Positions 14,903 through 24,492 of a stretch of DNA of 64,000 nucleotides are shown here, in pieces (position 1 is the first letter of the stretch; every line of letters starts with the position of its first letter). Source of the DNA: an uncultured Thermoplasmata archaeon. Lineage in GTDB: Archaea > Thermoplasmatota > Thermoplasmata > UBA10834. The position numbers were made by a program, and so were the translations under genes. The stretch covers positions 64,742 through 128,741 of the forward strand of contig CAZMPY010000005.1 of the NCBI GenBank assembly GCA_964568665.1. The letters run 5' to 3'. The notes beneath the pieces are model-generated. The model was not told where the DNA came from and made no database searches. It worked only from the letters and a program-made list of their open reading frames with translations.

Positions 14903-17818
14903 CTAAGGACGCGTCCTCAGCAGGACATACACCGCGATGATGGCGACCACTGCCGCGGCAGCTATCGCCGCCGCCACGGGGAAGGTCCACAGGGACTCCG
15001 GCTGCGTGACCGGCTCCTCGGCATCGTCCGAGGCTATGCTGATCTCGAACGTGGTCGTCTGCACGGCCTCGTTGCCCGCCTCGTCCACCACGCTGACCGA
15101 GAGCTGGTGCACCCCATCGCATAGACTCGAGAGGTAGATGTTCTCGGCGCCGTCCGCCACTCCGGTCGATACACCATCCAGGGTGTACTCGACCGTGGCG
15201 ACCCCGCTGCATGCGTCCGAGTACCCGAGCTCGACGAGGATGGAGTCGGTGTCGAACTCCGAGCCGTCCACCAGGCTGACGGTCAGCTCAGGCACAGTAC
15301 GGTCGACCTTCACGGTGGTAGAAGAGATCGACTCCAGGTTCCCCGCCACGTCCGCGGAGCGGTATTCGATGGCGTGCACCCCGTCGCCGGAGACCTCGAA
15401 CGAGCCTGCATATGCCGACCACTCAGACCCGTCGACCGCGTACTCGGTCAGGCCGACGCCGCTCGACCCGTCGGTGGCGTCGAGCGACACTGTCACCTCT
15501 GAGACGTGCCAGCCGCCCTCGCCCTCCTCGCCACCGACCGTCGCATCCGTCACGGGGGCATCCCCGTCAATGAGGATCGCGGCCTCGGCTCCGAGGCAGT
15601 CGACCTCCCACGCGAGCAACGATGCAGTGATCGTGAAGTCCCCGAGCACGACTGTTTCGCCGTCCTCCGGGTCCCAAGTCAGCTCCTCGGAGTAGTTCTC
15701 CCCGGGCTCCAGGGTCACCATGGTCACCGCCATGAGCACGGTCGGGGAGTAATCGTAGACCACGACGCCCTCAGAGTCCTCGACCACGAAGTCGAACAGC
15801 TGGGATGTCCCCGATACGAGCTCGACCGCCGCCGCGCCCTCGTTGAATATCCCGACCTCGAAGCCCACGGTCTGGCCCGCCATGAAGGCGGTCCTCTCCA
15901 TGTTCATGACCATCTTCACCTCGTCCGGCTCGTCGTCGGGGACGACCGACGGCGGGGCGACGAGGGGGAACTCGTCGTACGAGTACCCCACTGGGTCGAG
16001 CGCGTACTGGTAGTCGACTATCCCGTCCGCGTCATCGTCAGGCGAGGTCCAATCGGACCAGAAGTTGCCGTAGCCGTCCGCGCTCCACGCGTTCCCCTCG
16101 CAGTCGTCGTAGCACTGGACATGGTACTCGTTGTAGGTGGCCGAGGCGCCGTTGTTGCCGTAGAACGTGTTGTTGTGGATCACGTTGCCGGTCGACTGGC
16201 GCTCCGCGCGGATCGCATAGCCCGACTGGTTCCAGAACCCGTTCAGGAAGACCTCGTTGTAGTTCGAGTCGTAGTCTATGTCTATGCCGGTCGCGCCCTC
16301 CGTGAACGAGTTGTTCGAGAAGGTGCTGTGGGTGCATCCCTGCGCGTATATCCCCAGCCCGCTGTGGAGGAACACGCAGTCAGTGACGTCGTTGGCCGAG
16401 GACCACTGGATGTAGATGCCTATCGAGTTGTTCTCGAACGCGCACTCCGAGAAGGTCACGTTCTCGCAGACCCCCATGAGGACGGCCGTCTGCAGGCCGG
16501 TGTCGAACGTGTGGCCGACGACCTCGAGGTCGCTGCAGTTTGCCAGGATGAGCTCGCCGGTGTCGTCGGGCACCGTGCCGCCCACCTGGTCCTTCACGTA
16601 CACGACCGGCTTGCCGTTCACGGTGTTGCCCGTATCGATCGAGTGCGAGTTCCACTCGGCGAGTACGGAACCCTGGATCATGATGTCGCCATCGGTGAAG
16701 ACGTTCGATGTGAGGGTGGTGTTCACGGACCCCGTCATGAACAGCCCGTAGTCGTTGCCTTCGCAGAGGTTCTCAGCGAGCAGCGTGTCCGTGCAGTAGT
16801 CCACGATCAGGCCCATGTGGTTCCACGAGACGTTGCAGCCCCTGACCTCCGTGCCCTCGCAGGATCCGAGCCTGAGGCCGTTGTTGTGGTTGTCGCTCAG
16901 GCTGCAGCCTTCGATGAGGACGCCATTGCAGTATTCGGCGTTGATCCCGCACCAGAAGTTGCCCTCCGACACCACGTCCGCGACGGTCACGTTGGATGAG
17001 AAGTAAAGCATGATGCCAACAGCGGCGCACGGGAGGGCGAGGCCCTCGACGGTCATGTTGGAGCAATCCGCCAGTATCACCTGTCCGGCATCGCCGGGGA
17101 TTGACCCGCCGTCCTCGCCGCTGAGGTAGTACACCGGCATGCCGTCAACGGTGTTGTCCGTGCTGATGTTGTGGGACGTGGCGTGCTCGATGAGCCAAAG
17201 TTGCATGATTATGCCGCAGCCGGTCATGGCGTTCGCCCTCAGGGTGGTGTTGACGGCTTCCATCATCTGGATGCCCACGCCGCTGGACGACGATAGCGCA
17301 TTGTCCGCCAGGATGCAATCGTCCGAGTCGACGAGCAGGACGGAGGCGCCAGAGGTATCGCACGTGTTGTTCGACACCACATTCCCGTCGGACGACCAAA
17401 GGACCGCACCGTAGGGCGCTCCAAGCAGCTCGTTCCCGTCGACGAGCCCGTTCCGGACGTTCTGCATGTTGACGGACGCCAAGGACGCCGTGAGGGTGCA
17501 TCCGGACACGACGAAGCTGACGGTCGTGTCGGTGAGGGAGATCGCATAGGATTCGGTGGTGGATATCTGCATGTCGGTGATCGCATACGGGTCCGAGGGC
17601 GTGCCGCTGCCGAGCCAGCCTTCATCCGCCGCGAGCGCCGCGAACTCGGCGTCGCCGGTTATCTCTATCGGGTCGTGGGCCTCCGTGGCCGTGACCATAG
17701 ACTGGAGGGGCGCTGAGCCCTGACTCAGAATGATCGATGCAGACGAAATGAATACGAGGAGTGCGAGTGCGATGGCGATTGACCTGCAGAGACCAAAACG
17801 TCGAACATGCTCGAACAT
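14903..17818 (-). CDS. large surface protein: signal peptide, right-handed parallel beta-helix (NosD/PbH1-like) repeats, Ig-like domains, C-terminal TM anchor
   Basis: 971 aa. N-terminal hydrophobic leader. Repetitive N/G/C-rich beta-helix coils. DDDADGIVDYQY motif. Two GW.V..V.V.L.A.D..SGV...Y..DG-type Ig-like repeats. C-terminal WTFPVAAAIAAAAVVAIIAVYVLLRTRP. GGAGG lies 7 nt before the ATG. Confidence 0.85.
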   Translation of the reverse strand: MFEHVRRFGLCRSIAIALALLVFISSASIILSQGSAPLQSMVTATEAHDPIEITGDAEFAALAADEGWLGSGTPSDPYAITDMQISTTESYAISLTDTTVSFVVSGCTLTASLASVNMQNVRNGLVDGNELLGAPYGAVLWSSDGNVVSNNTCDTSGASVLLVDSDDCILADNALSSSSGVGIQMMEAVNTTLRANAMTGCGIIMQLWLIEHATSHNISTDNTVDGMPVYYLSGEDGGSIPGDAGQVILADCSNMTVEGLALPCAAVGIMLYFSSNVTVADVVSEGNFWCGINAEYCNGVLIEGCSLSDNHNNGLRLGSCEGTEVRGCNVSWNHMGLIVDYCTDTLLAENLCEGNDYGLFMTGSVNTTLTSNVFTDGDIMIQGSVLAEWNSHSIDTGNTVNGKPVVYVKDQVGGTVPDDTGELILANCSDLEVVGHTFDTGLQTAVLMGVCENVTFSECAFENNSIGIYIQWSSANDVTDCVFLHSGLGIYAQGCTHSTFSNNSFTEGATGIDIDYDSNYNEVFLNGFWNQSGYAIRAERQSTGNVIHNNTFYGNNGASATYNEYHVQCYDDCEGNAWSADGYGNFWSDWTSPDDDADGIVDYQYALDPVGYSYDEFPLVAPPSVVPDDEPDEVKMVMNMERTAFMAGQTVGFEVGIFNEGAAAVELVSGTSQLFDFVVEDSEGVVVYDYSPTVLMAVTMVTLEPGENYSEELTWDPEDGETVVLGDFTITASLLAWEVDCLGAEAAILIDGDAPVTDATVGGEEGEGGWHVSEVTVSLDATDGSSGVGLTEYAVDGSEWSAYAGSFEVSGDGVHAIEYRSADVAGNLESISSTTVKVDRTVPELTVSLVDGSEFDTDSILVELGYSDACSGVATVEYTLDGVSTGVADGAENIYLSSLCDGVHQLSVSVVDEAGNEAVQTTTFEISIASDDAEEPVTQPESLWTFPVAAAIAAAAVVAIIAVYVLLRTRP

Positions 17819-17861
17819 AGGATTTCCTCCCGAACCGCAGATTCTAACACCGCCCCGGCGC

Positions 17862-17869
17862 TATAAATA
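17862..17869 (-). promoter_or_regulatory. TATA-like box for the 14903..17818 gene
   Basis: Minus-strand TTTATAG about 45 nt upstream of the ATG at 17818. Inferred archaeal-type promoter. Confidence 0.3.
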
Positions 17870-18213
17870 CACATCTCGCCCCCTCCAACTGAAAGCGCTG
17901 GAAATCTCGATTCCACCCCGGGTCGACAGATTCCTGCATGGGGGTGTCGCAGGAAGGCCGAAGGCGCCTGACCGAGGACGGAAGAATTGGCGGAGAGAGT
18001 AGCCTAGCTCGACCCTGAGATTGCGAAATCGGCTTCTGGCCAATCATCGGAATGTAAACGACTCCCTGCACATCAGGCCTGGACCCGCAAACCCCATGAA
18101 GCGACCAAGACGAGTCCACGTCCGAGGCTCGGAGAGAGATACCCTGCAGTGGGATCCGCCAGGGCTGGTCCCTGGATCGAACAGGATTGCCAGAGGAGGC
18201 CTGCCACCATAAG

Positions 18214-18222
18214 ATAAATATA
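18214..18222 (+). promoter_or_regulatory. TATA-like box for the 18281..21835 gene
   Basis: ataaatata about 60 nt upstream of the ATG at 18281. Confidence 0.3.
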
Positions 18223-18280
18223 GCATCGGCACCTGACCAATACTGTTGTCGGTGGTTCGACAGGACGCGGGGTATAGAAC

Positions 18281-21200
18281 ATGAACAGGTCCAAGGCGTG
18301 GTCTCTAGGACTTCTGAACAGCTCGAAGGCACTTGCATCGATCATAATCATCATCGCCCTAGCAGTCACATCAGCGGCTGCTGCGGTAACGCTCTCGGGA
18401 CAGGGGTCATCGGACCGGACCGCTAGCGCCGGACCGACGATCATCAGCATGCAGGCCGACATGGACGAGGCCTATGTCGACCAGGTCGTGGCCTGGCAGG
18501 TCCTAGCATCCGCCCACATCAGCGGCGACAAGGACAGCAGCCTGCTCATCACCTGGGACTGGGACGATGGCAGCTACACCGTCGTCCACGTGGAATACAC
18601 CGTCGACGACTCGATCGTGACGGACGCCGAAACACACGCATGGTGCGAGGCCGGGACCTACGAAGTGGTCGTCTCTGTCTGGGACGGCTACAAGACTGAA
18701 TCGAACACGGTCCACAACGTCTCCGCCGCGACCACGCTGACCGTCCTGCCCATCGAGTCGAACACACCTCCCGTTGCCAGCTTCCAAGTCGAACCCGCGG
18801 AGGGCACTATCAACACGCTCTTCACCTTCGACGCCTCCTCGTCCTTCGACTTCGAGGACCCACTGGAATCAATCTCGGTGCGGTGGGACTGGGAATCCGA
18901 CGGCATATGGGACACAGACTACTCGACGGACAAGTCTGCTGAGCACCAGTTCGCAGCCCTGGGGAGTTACTCTGTGACACTCGAGGTCATGGACAGCTGC
19001 GGCATGACGGACTGGACGTCCAGGCATGTGGAAGTCATCGGCTCAACGACCCTGACGCCACATGACCCGATAGTCATAGGCCACGACACTGAGTTCGTCT
19101 ATGAGAACGGAGTCGTCGGCGGGGCAGGGACGGCCGAAGACCCATACATAATAGGCGGATGGCTGATCGAAGCCTACGATGGGAACGCCATAGACGTGCA
19201 GAACGCTCAGAGATGCTTCGTCATAAGAGATTGCGAGCTCATAGGGGATGTCAACACATCCGGATCTGGCATCTACCTCGATGAGGACGATTGCGCCTCT
19301 GTCGAACGGGTCAGCATATCTGGGTTCTACTTCGGCATCCGTGCAGTGGATTCAGGCGAACTGAGCATATACTCGTGCCAGGTCGAATGGAACGCGAACG
19401 GCATCTCAGTATTCGTAGCAGGGTCCGTCGACATCGGCCTCAACACCGTCTCGAACAACTGCGTCGGGGCCGGGAACGGAGAGGGTATATCGGTCTCCAG
19501 CGGGGAGTATGTCTCCATGTTCGGAAACACGGCGGAGGGGAACCGCAACTCGCCCCTCCGGGTGTACGACTGCGGCTTTGCCTCCATCATCAACAACACG
19601 GCAGCAGGACAGGTCCTGGTCATAATGACCGAGTCGTTCGTGGCATACAACACCATCGAGTCCGGAGGCATGCACTTCTGGGGATGCTCGAACTCGGACG
19701 TCGTGGGGAACGCCATCGGGAAGGAGGGCGTGCTCTCATACCTGTTCGGCATAGAATACACGAGTTGCACGGACCTCAGGATAAGATACAACACAGTGAA
19801 CTCATTCTACTATGGCATCGGGACCCACTATGCCGCGGAACCGCCGACCTACTCCGAGAACGTGGTCATAGAGGAGAACACGATATCCGGCTGCGTCGGG
19901 TCCGCCCTCAGGATATACTACATCTCGAACCTCCTGATAGCTGGTAACGGCATCATGGGCTGCAGTCTGGGCCTCGACATCACTTCCACGGCATCGTATG
20001 TCACCGTCTACCACAACGATATCATCGACAACGCGGTGCAGGCGTCCGAGAGCCCCCTGTGCATCGGGAACACATGGGATGACGGATACCCCTCCGGTGG
20101 CAACTACTGGAGCGACTATGAGGGCACGGACGAGTACAGCGGCGTCGACCAGACGGAGCCTGGACCGGACGGCATCGGGGACACGCCATACGTGCTCACC
20201 TCGGGAAGCCATGACAACTACCCGCTGATGACGCCTTTCGCATACCGGCCCGAGAACTCCGGACCGGTCGCCAACTTCACTGTCAGCCCCCAGGCCGGCC
20301 CTATGGAGACTGTATTCGTGTTCGACGCATCGTCGTCATGGGACCTCGAGGACGATCTGTCGGAGCTGGCGGTGCGCTGGGACTGGGAGTCAGACGGCGT
20401 CTGGGACGTGGACTACTCCACGGAGAAGACCGCCACGCACCAGTTCGCTGACCCGGGATGCTATGTCGTGGCGCTCGAGGTCATGGACAGCGGGGGACTG
20501 ACGAGCATCGCCCAGATGGGCGTCACCGTCATGGACACCAGCGTCCTGACGCTCCATGATCCGATTTACATATCAGGGGACCTGCACTTCGCAGCCGTCG
20601 CGGCTGAGGAGATGTGGGCAGGGGACGGCACCGAGAGCGACCCGTACATCATCGAACTCCTCGACATGTCCGCCGAGTACGCCACCTTCCAGATATACAT
20701 CGAGGACACGACGGTGCACTTCGCGATACGCGACTGCCTGTTCTCAGGAGCGTCCGCGAGCGCCATATACCTGACCGATGTCGCCCATGTGACAGTCCAG
20801 GAAAGCCTGTTCCTGTCCTGCCCCTCGATCTCCATCTACTGTGAGCAATGCACCGACATGACGTTCCTGAACAACGACGTGATAGGCGGCGCCCGCTGCC
20901 TGAGCCTGATCAGATGCACGGACGCCTACTTGGGGAACAACACCGTGGAGGGCGCCGAGTGGTATCCACTGTGCATAGAGTCATCCTACAACGTGACACT
21001 CCGGGAGAACAGGTTCCAAGGGGCCGGCATCAAGCTCGGAGGCTACCTCGCATCCCACTGGAACAGCCACGACATAGACGACAGCAACTTCGTCAACTAC
21101 GAACCGGTGTACTACATCAAGGACCGAGTCGGCGGGAGCGTCCCCTCCGAGGCGGGACAGATCATACTCGCCAACTGCACGGGGATGACCGTGGAATGCG

Positions 21201-21835
21201 ACGCCAAGGGCGGTATAACCCTAGGGTTCAGCCCCGGCAACCTGATCACGGGGAGCGTGGTCTCCTCCGTCCACTGGGGGGTCTACATCTCAGACTCGCC
21301 GGGGACCACCGTGTGGTCGACAAGTGCCCATGACTGCGACTACGGCATACATGTGCTGAACTCGCCGTCCTGCTTGGTAGTGAACTCGGCCGTCTCCATG
21401 TGCGATTACGGGATGTACTTCCAACAGTCCGACGGGTTCTCCGTGCTGAACAACTCCGTCACTGACTGCTACTCGTACGGCATCCAGGTGTTCGCGACTT
21501 CGTACGGCGACATCAGGCACAACCTGATCACCCGCGGGTTGCAGAGCGGGCTGGACCTGGTGGAATCGAACGGGATCCTTGTGGCATCCAACGACTTCGT
21601 CGACAACTCGATCCAGGCGTCGGAGGGAGCGGATCTGACAGGCAACCTCTGGGACGGCGGATACCCGGTCGGGGGCAACTACTGGAGCGACTACCAGGGC
21701 GTGGATGAGTACAGCGGGGCTGACCAGACAGAACCAGGCCCCGACGGCATCGGGGACACGCCATACGTGCTCACCTCGGGAAGCGTGGACAGATATCCGC
21801 TCATGAGCCCGTACACCCCTACGACCGGTCTATGA
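18281..21835 (+). CDS. giant surface protein with an internally duplicated [PKD - beta-helix - DGIGDTPY] architecture
   Basis: 1184 aa. Signal anchor. PKD-like motifs (ITWDWDDGS, VRWDWESDGIWD twice). Two long beta-helix blocks, each ending GGNYWSDY.G.DEYSG.DQTEPGPDGIGDTPYVLTSGS.D.YPLM. Confidence 0.85.
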   Translation: MNRSKAWSLGLLNSSKALASIIIIIALAVTSAAAAVTLSGQGSSDRTASAGPTIISMQADMDEAYVDQVVAWQVLASAHISGDKDSSLLITWDWDDGSYTVVHVEYTVDDSIVTDAETHAWCEAGTYEVVVSVWDGYKTESNTVHNVSAATTLTVLPIESNTPPVASFQVEPAEGTINTLFTFDASSSFDFEDPLESISVRWDWESDGIWDTDYSTDKSAEHQFAALGSYSVTLEVMDSCGMTDWTSRHVEVIGSTTLTPHDPIVIGHDTEFVYENGVVGGAGTAEDPYIIGGWLIEAYDGNAIDVQNAQRCFVIRDCELIGDVNTSGSGIYLDEDDCASVERVSISGFYFGIRAVDSGELSIYSCQVEWNANGISVFVAGSVDIGLNTVSNNCVGAGNGEGISVSSGEYVSMFGNTAEGNRNSPLRVYDCGFASIINNTAAGQVLVIMTESFVAYNTIESGGMHFWGCSNSDVVGNAIGKEGVLSYLFGIEYTSCTDLRIRYNTVNSFYYGIGTHYAAEPPTYSENVVIEENTISGCVGSALRIYYISNLLIAGNGIMGCSLGLDITSTASYVTVYHNDIIDNAVQASESPLCIGNTWDDGYPSGGNYWSDYEGTDEYSGVDQTEPGPDGIGDTPYVLTSGSHDNYPLMTPFAYRPENSGPVANFTVSPQAGPMETVFVFDASSSWDLEDDLSELAVRWDWESDGVWDVDYSTEKTATHQFADPGCYVVALEVMDSGGLTSIAQMGVTVMDTSVLTLHDPIYISGDLHFAAVAAEEMWAGDGTESDPYIIELLDMSAEYATFQIYIEDTTVHFAIRDCLFSGASASAIYLTDVAHVTVQESLFLSCPSISIYCEQCTDMTFLNNDVIGGARCLSLIRCTDAYLGNNTVEGAEWYPLCIESSYNVTLRENRFQGAGIKLGGYLASHWNSHDIDDSNFVNYEPVYYIKDRVGGSVPSEAGQIILANCTGMTVECDAKGGITLGFSPGNLITGSVVSSVHWGVYISDSPGTTVWSTSAHDCDYGIHVLNSPSCLVVNSAVSMCDYGMYFQQSDGFSVLNNSVTDCYSYGIQVFATSYGDIRHNLITRGLQSGLDLVESNGILVASNDFVDNSIQASEGADLTGNLWDGGYPVGGNYWSDYQGVDEYSGADQTEPGPDGIGDTPYVLTSGSVDRYPLMSPYTPTTGL
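20168..20209 (+). repeat. 42-bp segment identical to 21743-21784 (internal gene duplication)
   Basis: gacggcatcggggacacgccatacgtgctcacctcgggaagc is present twice within the same CDS. Confidence 0.8.
21743..21784 (+). repeat. second copy of the 42-bp identical segment
   Basis: Identical to 20168-20209. The flanks are diverged. Confidence 0.8.
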
Positions 21836-22062
21836 GAGGTCGCGAGCATCGGTGTCGATAGGGCGAGGCTCAGGGACCCGGTCGACTCCGACACGACAAT
21901 CCAGTTTGGACTGCCGAGAAGGATCGACCGCAAGACGAGCAAGAAGCAGCAGCACGAGCGGCTTGCGACCAGAGGTATGATGGCCGGATGGCCCCGCCCC
22001 CTTCCGGCTTCTCAAACAAAAGACTGACGGTAAAGGGTTTGTCGACTAGGAACCGTTCCCGC

Positions 22063-22440
22063 TCAGAGCTTCAGGATGTTCCTAGCCTTGTTCTCGTCAT
22101 TGACGGCGAGCGCCACATGCACATACTTCGAATCCTTGTCCAGCATGTACGCGGCGTCGATGTTGACGCCTTCCTTGGCGAGCGCTCCCGAGATCCTGGC
22201 GAGCTCCCCTGGCCTGTCCTCGAGCTTGGCCACGAGCAGGTTCCTCTCGGAGAACTGCATCTTGGACCCGCTGAGGCTCTTGCGGGCCTTCTCGGGGTCG
22301 GATGTGACGATCCTCACGACCTCAGCCTTGGACTCCGTCGAGATCGCGCGGATGTTCACGCCGTCCTTGTGCAGGACCTCCGTCATCCGTGCTAGTTCTC
22401 CCGACCTGTCCGACAGCTTTACGCTAAACTCCTTTTCCAT
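22063..22440 (-). CDS. tandem ACT-domain protein
   Basis: ATG at 22440, preceded by GGAGGAAGGAAT. Two repeats of the DRxGELARxxxxLxKxGVNI ACT signature. Confidence 0.8.
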   Translation of the reverse strand: MEKEFSVKLSDRSGELARMTEVLHKDGVNIRAISTESKAEVVRIVTSDPEKARKSLSGSKMQFSERNLLVAKLEDRPGELARISGALAKEGVNIDAAYMLDKDSKYVHVALAVNDENKARNILKL

Positions 22441-22683
22441 ATTCCTTCCTCCGTTCACGAGAACAAGTGCGCAAGAGATCTCCACCACATAGTGGAGAGA
22501 GAAGAATCACGTCTTGACCAAGTGCCATACATGTCAAGCACACCGTCGCTCAACCTTCTGTTGCTGCGACACGATATGGGGGTAACCGCTGACGATGGTA
22601 TAAGGCAGGTCCGAGTGCCGGGGGCGGCGGCAGCGGCGCCACACCATCCCAGTGGACTCATTCGGTCAATCGAGCCTGCATAT

Positions 22684-22723
22684 CGTACGATCCGATTCCC
22701 GCCTCCCGCGAGGGACGGTCGAC
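22684..22723. repeat. 40-nt conserved non-coding element, copy 1 (extended similarity from 22634)
   Basis: gcctgcatatcgtacgatccgattcccgcctcccgcgagg matches 24332-24371 at 39 of 40 positions. It contains the palindrome tcgtacga. Confidence 0.75.
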
Positions 22724-22783
22724 CCTTCCATTCCGATACGCGGGCGGAAGCATGAAGTACTGTCGCCCGGATTTCTCCCCTCG

Positions 22784-23923
22784 ATGAGACGCCCATTCAG
22801 AGTCCCGGCAGCAGCGTTCATGATCGCGGGCATCCTGATCGTCATGGGCTTGAATCTGATCCCCTCGTCCAGAGCGCAGGCGTCTGAACCCGAGCTGGTG
22901 CCAGAGCCGACCGTCACCGAAGTCCACGAATACAACAGGTCAGAGGGTGGTGGCGATTCCTTCCGGGAGATTTCCGAGGGTTGGCGGGTCGGGATCGACC
23001 ACGGAGGTGTGGCAATCCTCCTCGGGGCAGCGAACTACACCGACTCCTTCACCGATGAGACCCGGGACAACGAGACGAACGTGGCTTACAGCCAGAATAT
23101 CAATTTCATGATTGACGGCAAGCTGTACATAGCGATGTTCACATTCGACCGCGTGGTCTTCAAGATAGGCGGTCAAGAGGTGATCGCGCTTCTCAAGAAC
23201 TCCGATGGCTTCGATGTGACCCACACGCCAGTCACGTACGACGGCACGATCCCCACATTGGACTGCAACATGACCTTCGAGGCCGTCCGGGTGTATCCCG
23301 ACATCCCTGACTCGACCTTCGACCTGACGTTGGTCCATCACTACAGAGGAGATTGGAACCAGACGAGCATCAAGGTCGAGGCACTGTTCGATTTCAGCGA
23401 CACGGAATTCTACAACGGCACGGAATTCAACGCGGGCGAACCTTTCACCGTGGAGATCCGGTACATCATGGCGCTGACGGACCCCGAACTGATCGGCGAC
23501 AACACGATCGTGCCGTCAGGGGCCACCAACGCGTCCCTGGAGTACAATCTGACGCTTGACAACGGCGCCCCATACACCCTGTCAAAACTGGAGATGAGGG
23601 ACGGTTTCACGATCTACGACGCGAGCGGGGCCCGGTCAGCGATCGGCTATTCCCTGATGGAGATGGCCGATCGGACCTCGGTCGACCTGCAGCAATACAA
23701 CCCCAGTTCCGCCGTGGTCACCCACGGATTCCCGAACCTGACCTACAACGATACCCGGTCGATAAGGAGCGACCCGGAGATCACCATCTACCATGACTCG
23801 ATCGCAGTGACGGATTCCTCGGCCGACAAGATTCTTTGGATCCTGATACCCGTGGCGGCCGGCATCGCCGCAGTGGGCATCGTCGTCTTCCTCAAGAAGA
23901 GAAGGGCCCGCGGATCGGGATAG
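22784..23923 (+). CDS. anchored surface (glyco)protein, paralog family member 1
   Basis: ATG at 22784 inside ORF 22652..23923. Signal anchor RVPAAAFMIAGILIVMGLNLI. Many N-x-S/T sequons. C-terminal LWILIPVAAGIAAVGIVVFLKKRRARGSG. Paralog of 31444..32583. Confidence 0.7.
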   Translation: MRRPFRVPAAAFMIAGILIVMGLNLIPSSRAQASEPELVPEPTVTEVHEYNRSEGGGDSFREISEGWRVGIDHGGVAILLGAANYTDSFTDETRDNETNVAYSQNINFMIDGKLYIAMFTFDRVVFKIGGQEVIALLKNSDGFDVTHTPVTYDGTIPTLDCNMTFEAVRVYPDIPDSTFDLTLVHHYRGDWNQTSIKVEALFDFSDTEFYNGTEFNAGEPFTVEIRYIMALTDPELIGDNTIVPSGATNASLEYNLTLDNGAPYTLSKLEMRDGFTIYDASGARSAIGYSLMEMADRTSVDLQQYNPSSAVVTHGFPNLTYNDTRSIRSDPEITIYHDSIAVTDSSADKILWILIPVAAGIAAVGIVVFLKKRRARGSG

Positions 23924-24331
23924 GATCTCGACCCATACTCAGCCAGTGCCGACACCCCCGCGACTCGGACCATGAGCTCCGCCTGGAGCATCGGCTGAGC
24001 CGACGACAGGGTTTGGCGCCCCGTGCACCGGACCAGCCGCCAGTCACAGGTGATGGTGCTGCTCCTATCCCCCGTACACCTCGTAGAAGGCGACCAGGGA
24101 TTCGTCCCAGCCAGGTCGGGACTCGCCGAATCCGACGCCGTCCTGAACGCATCCTCAGAAGCCTGCTCCTTCTCGCCTGCCTGTGCGGAGACCATCATGG
24201 CATCGCGGGTATGAACGGTCGTCAATGTCTCTGACAACCCTGATGCGGAGGAAGACGGGGCACTGCCTGAAAGGACACCGATGACCGGCTGACATGCGCG
24301 CGGCGCCACCTCCAACCACCCGATCGACCGG

Positions 24332-24371
24332 GCCTGCATGTCGTACGATCCGATTCCCGCCTCCCGCGAGG
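24332..24371. repeat. 40-nt conserved non-coding element, copy 2 (extended similarity from 24301)
   Basis: gcctgcatgtcgtacgatccgattcccgcctcccgcgagg. The upstream cggcgccac block is also shared with copy 1, which carries a 19-nt indel. Confidence 0.75.
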
Positions 24372-24492
24372 AAAGGCGACGAAAGGGTTTGTGTCCCGGC
24401 GCAAGAACCCTCCGGCCGTCGATGGTTCATCAAATCCCCCGGGTCCCGGAAGCGTGGGTGGCCTATCTCTGGAAACCAGGACACGCGGCCAT

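Noticed and set aside
15506-16999. Long antisense or alternative-frame ORFs in G+C-rich genes. Examples: 15506..16999, 9470..10468, 27972..28763, 32851..34074, 35628..37052, 46224..47306, 47810..48700, 55627..56391.
   Set aside because: They have Arg/Val/His/Asp-biased, motif-free translations lying opposite CDSs with clear family signatures. These are typical shadow ORFs of high-G+C DNA.
18162-18240. tRNA-like T-arm on the minus strand (tcctg-ttcgatc-caggg, + strand 18170-18186) in the intergenic region between the two giant genes
   Set aside because: The flanking sequence gives no pairing acceptor stem (ggtcagg against accagcc). It also gives no valid anticodon arm, because position 33 is not U. 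It is not a tRNA gene and is at most a fragment.
23788-24339. 183-aa minus-strand ORF as a real gene
   Set aside because: It overlaps the 3' end of 22784..23923 by more than 130 nt, begins inside the conserved repeat, and has Ser/Ala/Arg-rich composition with no features.
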